Assembly (NCBI GenBank): GCA_003021085.1
Contig: PXRE01000005.1
Location: 3,433 to 67,432, forward strand
Direction: 5' to 3'
From: Halobacteriales archaeon QS_1_68_20
Lineage (GTDB): Archaea > Halobacteriota > Halobacteria > Halobacteriales > PXRE01
DNA: 64,000 nucleotides
Shown here piece after piece: positions 1 through 9,531 of this stretch. The notes below the pieces were generated by a model, which saw nothing but the letters and a program-made list of their open reading frames with translations, was not told the DNA's origin and ran no database searches. Both the position numbers and the translations under genes were made by a program. Positions within the stretch are counted from its first letter, which is position 1, and the number at the start of each line of letters is the position of its first letter.

Positions 1-467
1 TCGACGGTACCGCCGTCGTGGACGCCGACGCCCTCCAGGTCGTCCCGGACGTCGACACCGACGCCACGCTGATCTGCACGCCCCACCAGGGCGAACTCGT
101 CGGGATGGGCGGGGAGACGGCCGACGACTGGCGCGAGCGGGCCGGCCTGGTCGAGGAGTTCGCCGCCGACCTCGGGGCGGTCCTGCTGGTGAAGGGCCGC
201 CACGACGTGATCAGCGACGGCGAGACCACACGGGTCAACCGGACCGGAAACCCAGGCATGACCGTCGGCGGGACCGGCGACGTGCTCGCCGGCGTGACGG
301 GAGCGCAGGCGAGCACGCTCGACCCGCTAGACGCCGCCGCGGTCGGCGCCTACGTCAACGGCCGCGCCGGCGATCTGGCCCGCGAGGAAGTCGGCGGCTT
401 CGGCCTGCTGGCGACCGACCTCCCGGAGTTCGTTCCCGCGGCGACGTGGGGTGGTGACGATGACTGA
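1..467 (+). CDS. ADP-dependent NAD(P)H-hydrate dehydratase (YjeF C-terminal / carbohydrate kinase family), 3' part; 5' end lies outside the window
   Basis: The frame is open from the window edge (track ORF 18..467). Motifs LLVKG, GNPGMTVGGTGDVLAG. Its stop overlaps the moaC start. Confidence 0.7.
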   Translation, partial: DGTAVVDADALQVVPDVDTDATLICTPHQGELVGMGGETADDWRERAGLVEEFAADLGAVLLVKGRHDVISDGETTRVNRTGNPGMTVGGTGDVLAGVTGAQASTLDPLDAAAVGAYVNGRAGDLAREEVGGFGLLATDLPEFVPAATWGGDDD

Positions 468-939
468 GGACGATCTGACCCACACCGACGAGTCCGGCGA
501 CGTGCAGATGGTCGACGTGGGCGACAAGCCCGACACCCGCCGGCGGGCGGTCGCCCGGGGGACCATCCGGTTGCGGCCCTCGACTGTCGAGGCGGTCCGG
601 GAAGACGGCGTCGATAAGGGCGACGTCCTCGCGACGGCCAGGGTCGGTGCCGTCCAGGCGGTCAAGCACACCTGGGAGACCATCCCGATGTGCCACCAGA
701 TCCCGATCACGAACGTCGACACGGACTTCGAGGTCGGCGACGACCGGATCACCCTGGAGGTGGCGGTCGAGACCACCGGCAAGACCGGGTGCGAGATGGA
801 GGCCCTGGAGGGGGTGACGACCGGCCTGAACGTCGTCTGGGACATGGTGAAAGCCGCCGAGAAGGACGACGACGGGCAGTACCCAGAGACACGGATCGAG
901 GACGTCGGGGTGGTCGAGAAGGAGAAACGCGAGGTGTAG
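451..939 (+). CDS. moaC: cyclic pyranopterin monophosphate synthase MoaC
   Basis: 162 aa ORF with typical MoaC sequence (VDVGDKPDTRRRAVA, IPMCHQIP, TGKTGCEMEALEG). Alternative ATG start at 460. Confidence 0.85.
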   Translation: MVTMTEDDLTHTDESGDVQMVDVGDKPDTRRRAVARGTIRLRPSTVEAVREDGVDKGDVLATARVGAVQAVKHTWETIPMCHQIPITNVDTDFEVGDDRITLEVAVETTGKTGCEMEALEGVTTGLNVVWDMVKAAEKDDDGQYPETRIEDVGVVEKEKREV

Positions 940-1029
940 ATTTCGAGGAGGGCGGCATCGACTTCCTCCGTCTCACTAACTGCTCAGTATTCTGCCCGGC
1001 GCGTCGGAGAGCCTCCTCTCACGTGCGGT

Positions 1030-1053
1030 GGCGCGCGCTGGCTCGCGCGCGCC
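1030..1053. repeat. 24-bp GC hairpin GGCGCGCGC-N6-GCGCGCGCC between convergent genes; equals the joined termini of the longer repeats at 6312..6623 and 14152..14361
   Basis: Read directly: ggcgcgcgc tggctc gcgcgcgcc. Lies between the moaC stop (939) and the rhodanese stop (1108). Confidence 0.6.
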
Positions 1054-1107
1054 GTGACGTCGAAGTCGCATCGCGAGAAACGGTGCCTCGACCGCCGTAC
1101 TCACCCG

Positions 1108-1464
1108 TCACCACGGAGCCTCGGAAGCGGACCCGGTGTCCGAGTCGCGCTGTTCCAGGTCGGCCTCCCAGGCGTCGTACCCTCCTTCCAGGTTGAGGAC
1201 GCGGGCGTCGTCGTCGACGCCCTCGTAGGACTGGATGAGCCTGGCGGCCTGCCTGGAACTCTGGCCCAGCGGGCAGGCGACCACGATCTCGTCCTCCCAG
1301 TCCACGTCGGCCATCTCCTGGGGCAGGTGGGCGAACGGCAGGTTGATCGCCCCCGGGATGTGGCCCCGATCGTACTTCCGGCGCCCGCGGATGTCGACCA
1401 CCTGGACCTCGTCGCCGTCTTCCAGCCGTTCCGCGAGTTCGGCCGGCGTGATCTCGTCGACCAT
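1108..1464 (-). CDS. rhodanese-like sulfurtransferase domain protein
   Basis: Within track ORF 1108..1617. Internal ATG at 1464 gives MVDEITPAELAERL...; rhodanese features DIRGRRKYDRGHIPGAINLP and active-site loop ACPLGQSS. The upstream part of the ORF is low-complexity. Confidence 0.75.
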   Translation of the reverse strand: MVDEITPAELAERLEDGDEVQVVDIRGRRKYDRGHIPGAINLPFAHLPQEMADVDWEDEIVVACPLGQSSRQAARLIQSYEGVDDDARVLNLEGGYDAWEADLEQRDSDTGSASEAPW

Positions 1465-1615
1465 GCTGGCCGGCAGTTGCCCCCGGAGTCGCTTAGTCCC
1501 ATCGCTGCCGCCCCCGTCGTCGCCCTCACTGCCGTCGGACCGGACGCCGACGGTGCATCCGGAATTCGGTACGAGAAACACAGCCGTTATAGGCGGTCGT
1601 GGCCTACTGGCGGCC

Positions 1616-2254
1616 ATGCAAGGTACCCCCAGCGTCGTCGGCGTCAGCGGCAGTCTCCGGGACGGGAGTTACACCCGGGCGGCGCTGACGCACGCGCTGG
1701 CGGCGGCCGAGGACGCGGGCGCCAGCGCGGAGTTGATCGACCTCCGGGAGTACGACCTCCCGCTGTTCGACCCGGACGTCGACGACGAGGACGCCGGTGA
1801 CGCCGTCGAACTCAAGCGGAAGGTCCGGGAGGCCGACGGCGTTCTCCTCGGGTCGCCGGTGTACCACGGGTCGTACTCCTCTGCGTTCCGGAACTTCCAC
1901 GACTACTGTAGCTTCGACGAGTACGAGGACACGGTCGTCGGCCTGCTCGTCGTCGCCGGCGGCGGCACCATCGCCAGCACGCTCGATCACATGCGGGTCA
2001 CGGTCCGCGGGGTCCACGGCTGGGTGCTGCCCCACCAGGTCGGCATCCGGAACGCCTACCAGCAGTTCGAGTCCGTGGACGAACCGCTGGCCACCCTCTC
2101 GGACGGGACGCCCGTCGACCGGCAGTTCGTCGACGACGACCTCCGGGAGCGCACGGAGAAACTCGGCCGGAAACTCGTCGAGAACCTCCGGACCGGCCCC
2201 CACCCCCCGGCCAGCGAGTGGACGGCCGGCGAGGACTCGGCCGCCGACGATTGA
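1616..2254 (+). CDS. NADPH-dependent FMN reductase family protein
   Basis: ATG at 1616 inside track ORF 1235..2254. Sequence MQGTPSVVGVSGSLRDGSYTR...LLGSPVYHGSYSSAFRNFHDY is typical of the FMN_red family. Confidence 0.8.
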   Translation: MQGTPSVVGVSGSLRDGSYTRAALTHALAAAEDAGASAELIDLREYDLPLFDPDVDDEDAGDAVELKRKVREADGVLLGSPVYHGSYSSAFRNFHDYCSFDEYEDTVVGLLVVAGGGTIASTLDHMRVTVRGVHGWVLPHQVGIRNAYQQFESVDEPLATLSDGTPVDRQFVDDDLRERTEKLGRKLVENLRTGPHPPASEWTAGEDSAADD

Positions 2255-2274
2255 GGCCGAGCGACGAGAGACGG

Positions 2275-2538
2275 CTATTCGAATTCGACCGGTTGGCCGG
2301 ACTCGACCAGACGCTCTTTCTGCCGGCGCGGTAGCTCCTTGATCTCGTACTCGCGGGACATCGCGGCGGACTTCGAGTCGAACCGCTCGACGTGGACGAC
2401 CTCCAGGGGCGTCCGTCCCCGGACGTACTTCGCACCGTCGCCCGCCTCGTGCTCGCGGACGCGCCGCTCTACGTCGGTGGTGTAGCCGGTGTAGTACGAG
2501 CCGTCGGCACACTCCAAAATGTACACGAAGTGTGTCAC
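2275..2538 (-). CDS. GIY-YIG nuclease family protein (UPF0213-like)
   Basis: 87 aa; starts FVYILECADGSYYTGYTTDVERRVREH, the GIY-YIG signature. Confidence 0.85.
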   Translation of the reverse strand: MTHFVYILECADGSYYTGYTTDVERRVREHEAGDGAKYVRGRTPLEVVHVERFDSKSAAMSREYEIKELPRRQKERLVESGQPVEFE

Positions 2539-2581
2539 GGAGGGCAGTTCGGCGGACGACCCGGTAGTGGTTTCGGTCGGC

Positions 2582-2731
2582 TCACGCCCGGCGGGCGCGG
2601 TCGCGATGTACCTCTGCGATACCGGCGTTCGCCGAACAGCTCGGACACGCGTGTAGCTCCCCGTCCGCGTCCGAGAAGACGCGGGCGAATCGGTCCGAAA
2701 CGTGCGAGCCGCAGTGATCGCAGGTTGGCAT
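2582..2731 (-). CDS. small zinc-ribbon protein (CxxC...CxxC)
   Basis: Internal ATG at 2731 gives MPTCDHCGSHVSDRFARVF...HACPSCS, a common small haloarchaeal Zn-finger architecture. Confidence 0.5.
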   Translation of the reverse strand: MPTCDHCGSHVSDRFARVFSDADGELHACPSCSANAGIAEVHRDRARRA

Positions 2732-3088
2732 TCGTTCCCATCTGGCAGGGTATCTGCCAGTGAACCGAATTAGGCGTCTAATACTTAAATACTCTTTCCG
2801 AATTCTCACCCAATTTCGTCATTCGAGAACTTTTCTTCGGCCATGGGACACTATTTTACAGAACACGGGGTGGAGAGCACGCGAACGACAAGAGAATTTT
2901 TTCACACCGCTCCCTTCCTGCGGCTTTCCGTGTTCGACCCCCGGATACGTCAGATTTCGTGGGTGTGAGTGGCTGTCGCCCGGATCGAAGTGACAGAGTG
3001 TCGAAATTCCCGCCGCCATGATCCGGCGAAACTCGCCGGTTGCCCGCCGCCAACCGGCGTCCTCAGGCCCCCTCGCGGGGAGATTTGG

Positions 3089-3101
3089 GAACGCTTATAA
3101 A
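3089..3101 (+). promoter_or_regulatory. BRE/TATA box (GAACGCTTATAAA) for the leaderless gene at 3126
   Basis: The AT-rich box starts about 31 nt upstream of the ATG. The same AACGCTTAT 9-mer recurs at 30706 and 37526 in the same position relative to gene starts. Confidence 0.55.
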
Positions 3102-3125
3102 TGGGGATAGCCAATTCCAGCGCGT

Positions 3126-3293
3126 ATGGCAGACCTCATCGTCAAAGCCGCCGTGAAGGAAGCGCTCGACGACAAGAACGTTGCTTCGGACTTCTACGAC
3201 GCTCTCGACGACCGCGTCGAGCAACTGCTCGATGACGCGGCACGGCGCGCCGAGGCCAACGACCGCAAGACCGTCCAGCCCCGCGACCTGTAA
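3126..3293 (+). CDS. small histone-fold-like protein (DUF1931-like), 55 aa
   Basis: Not in the ORF track (<60 aa). Hand translation: MADLIVKAAVKEALDDKNVASDFYDALDDRVEQLLDDAARRAEANDRKTVQPRDL. Good codon bias, TATA at -28. Confidence 0.6.
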   Translation: MADLIVKAAVKEALDDKNVASDFYDALDDRVEQLLDDAARRAEANDRKTVQPRDL

Positions 3294-3389
3294 GGGCCAA
3301 CCCCCTTTCTCCGTTCCCTTGCCGGACAGCCACGGGCATCTCGATCCCGGGCCGTCCGGCGGCGTTTTTCGGACCGGGAGCCGTCGGTG

Positions 3390-4073
3390 CTAGCACTCCC
3401 GGACCCGCGCACCGTCCCCGGTCCCGACCACGACGTCGTCGGCCAGTCCGACGAACAGGCCGTGCTCGACGACGCCCGGGACCGCAGAGAGGTCCGCGGC
3501 CAGTGCGGCCGGGTCCGGGATTGTACCGAACTCGCAGTCCAGCACCAGGTTCCCGTTGTCGGTCACGACGGGCCCGTCCTTGCGCTCGGCGGACCGGAGC
3601 GTCGGATCCCCGCCCAGGTCGCGTGCCCGGTCGGCAACCACCGTCCGGGCATCCGGTAGTACCTCGACCGGGACCGGGTGGTCCAGCGCGTCGGCCTCCT
3701 TCGAGGGGTCGACCACGACGACGAACCGGTCGGCCGCGGCGTCGACGTACTTCTCGCGGGCGTGGGCGGCGCCGCCGCCCTTGACGAGGTCGCCGTCGGC
3801 GACCTGGTCGGCCCCGTCGATGGCCACGTCCGGGGTCGCCTCGTCGAGGTCGGCCAGTGGAATCCCGGCCTCGCGGGCCAGTTCGCGCGACTGGAACGAG
3901 GTCGGAATCCCGCGGCAGTCCAGGCCCGAATCGACGTCCCGGCCCAGCGCCCTGATCGCGTGGGCGGCGGTGCTGCCCGTCCCGAGGCCGACGACGTCGC
4001 CGTCGTCGACGAACTCGGCCGCTCGCTCGCCCGCCGTTCGCTTCGCCGCTTCGCTACCCCCGCTGGCTTTCAT
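3390..4073 (-). CDS. rpiA: ribose-5-phosphate isomerase A
   Basis: Motifs [40 protein letters not shown] at 4073 (MKASGG) chosen; the track ORF extends to 4100. Confidence 0.85.
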   Translation of the reverse strand: MKASGGSEAAKRTAGERAAEFVDDGDVVGLGTGSTAAHAIRALGRDVDSGLDCRGIPTSFQSRELAREAGIPLADLDEATPDVAIDGADQVADGDLVKGGGAAHAREKYVDAAADRFVVVVDPSKEADALDHPVPVEVLPDARTVVADRARDLGGDPTLRSAERKDGPVVTDNGNLVLDCEFGTIPDPAALAADLSAVPGVVEHGLFVGLADDVVVGTGDGARVREC

Positions 4074-4165
4074 GTCCGGACGAACCCGCTCGCGGGACAA
4101 AAAGCTACGTCGACCGTCCCGGCAGTTCCGACGGTCTTTTTGATCGGCCGTCGTACGGTTCGGTC

Positions 4166-4960
4166 ATGCAGGACAGTGACGTGGCCGTCTCGCTGACGGA
4201 CGTGCGGAAGACCTACCAGCTCGGCGAGCCGGTCCACGCGCTGGACGGCGTGAGCCTGGAGATTCCCCGGGGGAGCTACACCGCCGTCATGGGACCGAGC
4301 GGCTCCGGCAAGAGCACGCTGTTGAACCTCGTCGGGTGCCTGGACACCCCGACCGAGGGGACGGTGACCGTCGACGGCCGGGAGACCAGCGACCTCCGGG
4401 AGACGGAACTGGCCCGCATCCGCGGCGAGGAGGTCGGGTTCGTCTTCCAGACGTTCAACCTGATGCCGCGGCTGACGGCCCGCGAGAACGTCGCCCTCCC
4501 GCTGGTGTTCCAGGACGTGAGCAAGGACGAGCGCCACGAGCGCGCCGAGGCGATGCTGGAGCGGGTGGGACTGGGCGACCGCGTCGACCACCGGCCGAAC
4601 GAACTGTCCGGCGGCCAGCGCCAGCGCGTCGCCGTCGCGCGGGCGCTGATCGCCGACCCCGCGATCTTGCTGGCCGACGAACCGACTGGCAACCTCGACA
4701 CTGACACGGGCGCGAAGATCATGGCGCTGTTCGAGGAACTGTACGACGAAGGCAACACCATCCTCATGGTCACCCACGAGCGCCACGTCGCGGAACACGC
4801 CGAGCGCATCGTCCACCTGCTGGACGGCGAAGTCGAGGCGGTGGAGGAACTGTCCGGTGCCGGCCGGCCGACGGGCGCTGAAGTCGGTGACGGGAGCGGT
4901 GCTGGTGGTCCCGGCGACGACGGCCGCGGTGACGCCGAGGAGGGAGGTGAGCGGGCGTGA
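4166..4960 (+). CDS. ABC transporter ATP-binding protein (MacB/LolD-like)
   Basis: Walker [10 protein letters not shown], signature LSGGQRQR, Walker B LLADEPT. Confidence 0.9.
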   Translation: MQDSDVAVSLTDVRKTYQLGEPVHALDGVSLEIPRGSYTAVMGPSGSGKSTLLNLVGCLDTPTEGTVTVDGRETSDLRETELARIRGEEVGFVFQTFNLMPRLTARENVALPLVFQDVSKDERHERAEAMLERVGLGDRVDHRPNELSGGQRQRVAVARALIADPAILLADEPTGNLDTDTGAKIMALFEELYDEGNTILMVTHERHVAEHAERIVHLLDGEVEAVEELSGAGRPTGAEVGDGSGAGGPGDDGRGDAEEGGERA

Positions 4961-6204
4961 AACTCGGCGCCGCGTTCGGGATGGCCTGGCGGGCGATCAA
5001 GGGCCACAAACTCCGGTCGACGCTGACCACGCTGGGCATCGTCATCGGCATCGCGGCGGTCATCACGTTCGTCACCCTGGGCGCGAGTCTGTCGGCGGCC
5101 ATCGTCGGCGACGTCGGCGCGGGCGAGGCCCAGACGATGAACGTGTGGGCCGGCCCCGAGGACACACAGGGTGGCGGCGGCCCCGGCTTCGGCGCGCAGC
5201 CGGTGTTCACCGAGCACGACCTCGACCGACTGCGGAACGTCGAGGGCGTCGAGTCGGTGATCCCCTACGGCCAGGTCGCCACGACCGCCGTCGGCCACGA
5301 CGGCGACCGCGTCGCCACCAGCGGCGTCGTCGCCACGACGCCCGCCTACTTCGACGACGCCGAGTTCCGCGAGGGCGGCTCCTTCGAGCCGGGAACCCGT
5401 CAGGTCGTGCTCAACCCGGCGGCCGCCGAGCAGTTCGAGCAGAACGCCACCGTCGGGAGCACGGTCACCATCACCCTTGCGAACGGGTCGACCGTCGACG
5501 CGGAGGTGGCCGGCGTCCTCGACAGTTCCGAGGGTCAGTCCGCCTTCGAGGGCTTCGGCGGGTCCCCGCGGATCTACGTCTCCACGGACCCGTTCTACTC
5601 GACCCAGGTCGAGAGTCCCTCCCAGAGTGAAACCCAGCGGGTGTACTCGCTGTTGCTCGTGCGGGCCAGCGACCCCGAGACGGTCGAGGCGACCCAGGAC
5701 CGCGTCCGGGGGTACCTCGAAGACGAATCCGACGCCGCGGACCTGGCGCCCGAGGACTACCAGTTCGAGGTCCAGACCAGCGAGGAGTTGCTGGAGCAGT
5801 TGCAGGACGTCCTCGACCGGTTGACCGCGTTCGTCACCGGCATCGCGGTGCTGTCGCTGATCGTCGGCGCCATCGGCATCGCCAACATCATGCTGGTCTC
5901 CGTGACCGAGCGGACCCGCGAGATCGGGATCATGAAGGCCGTCGGCGCGAAGAAACGCGACGTCCTCACGCTGTTCCTCGTGGAGGCGAGCGTCATCGGC
6001 ATCATCGGCGCCGTCATCGGGACGTTGCTGGGAATCGTCGGCGGGTGGGCGGTCACCACCCTGCTGGACTTCCCGCTGACGTTCCCCGTCGAGTGGTTCC
6101 CCATCGCCGTCGTGGTCGGCGTCGCCGTGGGCGTGCTCTCGGGACTCTACCCCGCCTGGAGCGGTGCCCGGACCGACCCCATCGAGGCGCTGCGGTACGA
6201 GTGA
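4957..6204 (+). CDS. ABC transporter permease, FtsX/MacB-type
   Basis: 415 aa. N-terminal TM, large periplasmic-type domain, C-terminal FtsX-like 3-TM bundle. 4-nt overlap with the ATPase gene. Confidence 0.85.
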   Translation: MKLGAAFGMAWRAIKGHKLRSTLTTLGIVIGIAAVITFVTLGASLSAAIVGDVGAGEAQTMNVWAGPEDTQGGGGPGFGAQPVFTEHDLDRLRNVEGVESVIPYGQVATTAVGHDGDRVATSGVVATTPAYFDDAEFREGGSFEPGTRQVVLNPAAAEQFEQNATVGSTVTITLANGSTVDAEVAGVLDSSEGQSAFEGFGGSPRIYVSTDPFYSTQVESPSQSETQRVYSLLLVRASDPETVEATQDRVRGYLEDESDAADLAPEDYQFEVQTSEELLEQLQDVLDRLTAFVTGIAVLSLIVGAIGIANIMLVSVTERTREIGIMKAVGAKKRDVLTLFLVEASVIGIIGAVIGTLLGIVGGWAVTTLLDFPLTFPVEWFPIAVVVGVAVGVLSGLYPAWSGARTDPIEALRYE

Positions 6205-6311
6205 TCGGGACGAGTGGCATCGTCGAACAAGGCGTTTCGGTGACTGTGGACGCATCGGCCGCTCAGCTTCTCGTACGTCCGCCGGGCCTGGCCTGGTCGG
6301 CCTACCCACGT

Positions 6312-6623
6312 GGCGCGCGCTGGTGAGCGTGCCGAGCACTGCGAGGCCGCGAACCAGAGCCGCGCGAGGTCCCCGCGAGCGTGCGAGCGGGGGCTCGTCA
6401 GAGCTCGCTCTGACGGTGGACGAGTAACGCAGTCGGCTGGGGAGGGTGTGGCCATCCCTAGGTCAAGTGGTCGCTAGTGTTCACGGTTCGAACGGGCAAC
6501 GCAAGCGGCATGCAAACCTAGGGATGTCCACGCCCTCCCCAACCGATTGCGGTGCTCGGGGCGCTCACGTCCGTTCGCGCCACCTGCGCTCCTCATCCCC
6601 CTCCCGCGTAGCTCGCGCGCGCC
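6312..6623. repeat. GC-rich MITE-like intergenic repeat, family A full copy, with GGCGCGCGC/GCGCGCGCC termini and an internal long palindrome
   Basis: Left part ggcgcgcgctggtgagcgtgccgagcactgcgaggccgcgaacc matches 14197..14228. The core ggctggggagggtgtggccatccctagg ... cctagggatgtccacgccctccccaacc is an inverted repeat. The core is also found at 14255.. and 57206... Confidence 0.7.
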
Positions 6624-6713
6624 AGGGAGCCAGATTCGGACTGCGAAAAACTCGTGTGTCGTTGACGGTGAGCGACCGGCGTTTCCTTAAGTAGTTTCGA
6701 GAACTAATAAGGG

Positions 6714-7148
6714 TCAGTCGTCTACGTCCTCGACGGGTTCCAGCCGCCTGCCGACACTCAGCAGTCGCCAGACCGCCGCCGCGAGCACCGCCCCGGTGGC
6801 GTTGGCGGTCGCGTCGACGAGGTCGAACGACCGGAAGGGGAGGCCGTACTGGACGGACTCCACGACCAGGCCGAACCCGACGGCGGCGCCCACCGCGATT
6901 ACGAGTCGCGTCCGCGAGCGTGCTGGGACGGCGTACGCGACGGTGACCGCCAGGCCGCCGTAGGCGACTGCGTGGACCCACTTGTCCATCCCGACGAGGC
7001 CCAGTGGACCGAGGACGGCGGCCGCTTCCGGGGGCCGCGTGACCGACACCGCGAAGATGGCGGCGGCGACGGCCACTGCGGCCGCCGCGCGGACGGGCCA
7101 GGGGAGCAGGGGAACGCGCACGACTCCGCGAACGCGGTCGACCGTCAA
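6714..7148 (-). CDS. VanZ family membrane protein
   Basis: 4 TM segments; motifs DKWVHAVAYGG and DLVDATANATG. Confidence 0.6.
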   Translation of the reverse strand: MTVDRVRGVVRVPLLPWPVRAAAAVAVAAAIFAVSVTRPPEAAAVLGPLGLVGMDKWVHAVAYGGLAVTVAYAVPARSRTRLVIAVGAAVGFGLVVESVQYGLPFRSFDLVDATANATGAVLAAAVWRLLSVGRRLEPVEDVDD

Positions 7149-7223
7149 AAGGGAGGTGGATCGTCAGGAGAAAGCGACGGAGGAAACGAGAAGCCGCCCA
7201 CAGAGGGGAGCGGACGTGACCGC

Positions 7224-7973
7224 CTAGTCGTCGTCCGAGGCGGCGTCGAAGGGGTCACGGGAGAACGCCTGGCCGAGGCCGGACTGTTCGAGCATGAACC
7301 CCTCCGACACCCGGCCGGCACCCGGCGCGAGCACGCGCTCGCCGTCCTCGTCGGACCCCGCGTCGGCCCCAGCGAGTTCCTCGGCACGGTCCAGCGCGGC
7401 GTCGACCACCTCGTCGTCGGGGACGACCGCGGCGAGCAGCCCCCAGTCGGCCATCTCCTCGGCGTCGTACTTCTCGCCGGTGAACATCATCTCGTAGGCG
7501 CGTCCCCGGCCGACGATGGCGGGGAGCCGCTGGGTCGCCCCGGCGCCGGGGATGAGGCCGTGAGTGATCTCCGGCAGGCCGTACTCGCTGGACTCGCCGC
7601 CGATGCGGACGTCGGCGGTCAGCGCCAGTTCGAGGCCGCCGCCGAGCGCGAGGCCGTCGACCGCAGCCATGACCGGCGCCGACAGCGACTCGATGGCGTC
7701 CATGACTTCCTGGGCCTGGCGGGCGACGGACTCGCCGGCGGTCTGGTCGTCCCGCCGGGCGATGGGCGCCCGCGTGTCCATCCCGATGGAGAACGAGCGG
7801 CTCCCGGCACCCGCCAGGACGACCGCGTCGGGGTCCTCGGCGGCCAGGCGGTCGGTCGCGGCCTGCAGGTCCTCGATCATCTGCTCGTTGATTGCGTTGA
7901 GCCGCGACCGCCGCTCTAGCCGCAGGCGGTAGACGTCGTTTCTGGGTTCGGACAGCGAGAGCGTCTCGAACAT
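7224..7973 (-). CDS. enoyl-CoA hydratase/isomerase (crotonase) family protein
   Basis: ATG at 7973 (MFETLSL...) inside track ORF 7224..8432. Motifs AAVDGLALGGGLELAL and LPEITHGLIPGAGATQRL (catalytic Glu retained). Confidence 0.85.
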   Translation of the reverse strand: MFETLSLSEPRNDVYRLRLERRSRLNAINEQMIEDLQAATDRLAAEDPDAVVLAGAGSRSFSIGMDTRAPIARRDDQTAGESVARQAQEVMDAIESLSAPVMAAVDGLALGGGLELALTADVRIGGESSEYGLPEITHGLIPGAGATQRLPAIVGRGRAYEMMFTGEKYDAEEMADWGLLAAVVPDDEVVDAALDRAEELAGADAGSDEDGERVLAPGAGRVSEGFMLEQSGLGQAFSRDPFDAASDDD

Positions 7974-7975
7974 GG

Positions 7976-8773
7976 TCAGGTGCGGTCGTCGACGCAGGCG
8001 GCCAGTGACCGGCCGGACCCGGCGCCGAGGTCGACGTCCGGGTCCGACACCGACGTCGCGGCGCGGACGGCGTGTTTCATGTGCTCGAAGGCGTCGGTCG
8101 GCCGCCCGGCGAACTCCGTCGCCAGCGCCAGCGCCCGGTCGAGGACGGCGTCGTCGTCGACGACGTAGTTCAGCAGTCCCCAGTCGGCCATCGTCTCGGC
8201 GTCGAAGGTCCGGTCGGAGTGGACGAACTCGCGGGTTCGGTCGCGGCCGACCGTTGCGACGAGCCGTTTCGTCACGCCGGTCGCCCGGAGACGCCGCGGC
8301 GGGACTCCGCCACAGCAGTACTCGCTGGACGCGCCGCCGATCCGGAGGTCGGTGCACAGCGCCAGCGCCATGCCGTAGCCCCGGACGTTGCCGCGGGGCG
8401 CGCCGATGACCGGCACGCCCAGGGTCGCGCACGCGTCACAGGTCGCCTGCAGTTCCTGCTCGGCGCCGTACCCGTCGTCGTCGCCGTCCGCGTCGTCCTC
8501 GGTGATCGCGAACGCTTCCGGTTCGCCGGTGACGACGATGGCGTTCGGCTCCACCTCGCTGGTCGCCCGGCAGGCCCGCCGGAGTTCCGACCGGAACTCC
8601 CAGTCGTACGTGCCCGCCGCGAGTTCGGTGACGGCGACGCCCTCGTCGGTCACGTCGACCGACACGCGCCGGCCGTCGTACACCGACGACCCGTCCGCGA
8701 ATGCCTGCCGTTCGATCTGTCGTTTGGAATCCGGTTCTCCCTCGTCCGTGGTTGGCTCCCGTCGATAGCTCAT
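7976..8773 (-). CDS. crotonase-fold protein, divergent paralog of 7224..7973 (catalytic Glu region not conserved)
   Basis: ATG at 8773 overlaps the fabG-like stop (ATGA). It aligns by eye to the downstream paralog (IGGASSEYCCGGVPPRRLRATGVTKRL vs IGGESSEYGLPEITHGLIPGAGATQRL). Confidence 0.65.
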   Translation of the reverse strand: MSYRREPTTDEGEPDSKRQIERQAFADGSSVYDGRRVSVDVTDEGVAVTELAAGTYDWEFRSELRRACRATSEVEPNAIVVTGEPEAFAITEDDADGDDDGYGAEQELQATCDACATLGVPVIGAPRGNVRGYGMALALCTDLRIGGASSEYCCGGVPPRRLRATGVTKRLVATVGRDRTREFVHSDRTFDAETMADWGLLNYVVDDDAVLDRALALATEFAGRPTDAFEHMKHAVRAATSVSDPDVDLGAGSGRSLAACVDDRT

Positions 8774-9531
8774 GCTAGCTGACCACCGTCGATCCTGAAC
8801 ACCTCTCCGTTGACGTACGATGCGCGCTCCGACGCGAGGAAGACGACGCACTCCGCGACTTCCTCGGGGTCGGCTTCCCGGCCCTGGGGAATCGACCCCT
8901 GGGACGCCTCGTCGAACCCGCCCTCCTGCAGGTCCTCGTAGGTCGCCGTCTGCACCAGCCCGGGTGCGACGGCGTTGATGCGGACGTCCCGGCCACCGAG
9001 TTCTCGGGCGGTCGAGCGTGTGAATCCTTCGATCCCGGCTTTGCTCGCTGCGTAGGCAGTCTGCCCCGGCCAGCTACTGCTTCCCGCGATGCTACTGATG
9101 TTGACGACGCTGCCTGCCTCGCCGCGTAGCATCGACCGGACGGCCCGCCGGGTGCAGTTGAACGTGCCGGTCAGGTTCGTCTCGATGGTCCTGGTCCACT
9201 CTTCGGGGTCCATCCGGACCACCAGTCCCATCGACATGACGCCGGCGTTGTTGACCAGCACCGTCACCTGGCCGTGGTCGTCCTCCACGGCGTCGAACGC
9301 CTCGTCGACGGCGCCGTAGTCCCTGACGTCGACCTGCCGGGTCGACACCTCGCCGGGGGCATCCGCGAACGCCGTCTCGGTCTCGGCCGCGGCCTCCTCG
9401 TTGCTGTAGTAACAGGCCACGACGGTCGCGCCGCGGGCCGCGAACGCCTCCGTGATCGCTCGGCCGATGCCGCGGGTGCCGCCCGTGACCAGGACCACCT
9501 CGTCGGCCATCCGGTCGGGCGCGTCAGTCAT
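8770..9531 (-). CDS. fabG: 3-oxoacyl-[ACP] reductase-like SDR
   Basis: TGGTRGIG, NNAG, YAASKAG motifs; 8-nt overlap with the fabD-like gene. Confidence 0.8.
   Translation of the reverse strand: MTDAPDRMADEVVLVTGGTRGIGRAITEAFAARGATVVACYYSNEEAAAETETAFADAPGEVSTRQVDVRDYGAVDEAFDAVEDDHGQVTVLVNNAGVMSMGLVVRMDPEEWTRTIETNLTGTFNCTRRAVRSMLRGEAGSVVNISSIAGSSSWPGQTAYAASKAGIEGFTRSTARELGGRDVRINAVAPGLVQTATYEDLQEGGFDEASQGSIPQGREADPEEVAECVVFLASERASYVNGEVFRIDGGQLA

Noticed and set aside
4276-6339. Very long ORFs antisense or out of frame to well-supported genes, e.g. 4276..6339 (-), 16435..18933 (-), 19078..21543 (+), 19922..22291 (-), 25454..27271 (-), 48411..50540 (+), 12806..14350 (-).
   Set aside because: Their translations are Arg/Pro/Gly/Ala-rich low-complexity strings typical of shadow frames in high-GC DNA. 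Each overlaps a gene with clear family motifs on the other strand or frame.
6470-6510. tRNA-like fragment (ggttcgaa T-loop-like sequence) in the centre of the family A repeat.
   Set aside because: No acceptor, D or anticodon arms can be drawn around it. The same segment in the 57-kb copy reads cgttcccggt, so the T-loop-like string is not conserved.
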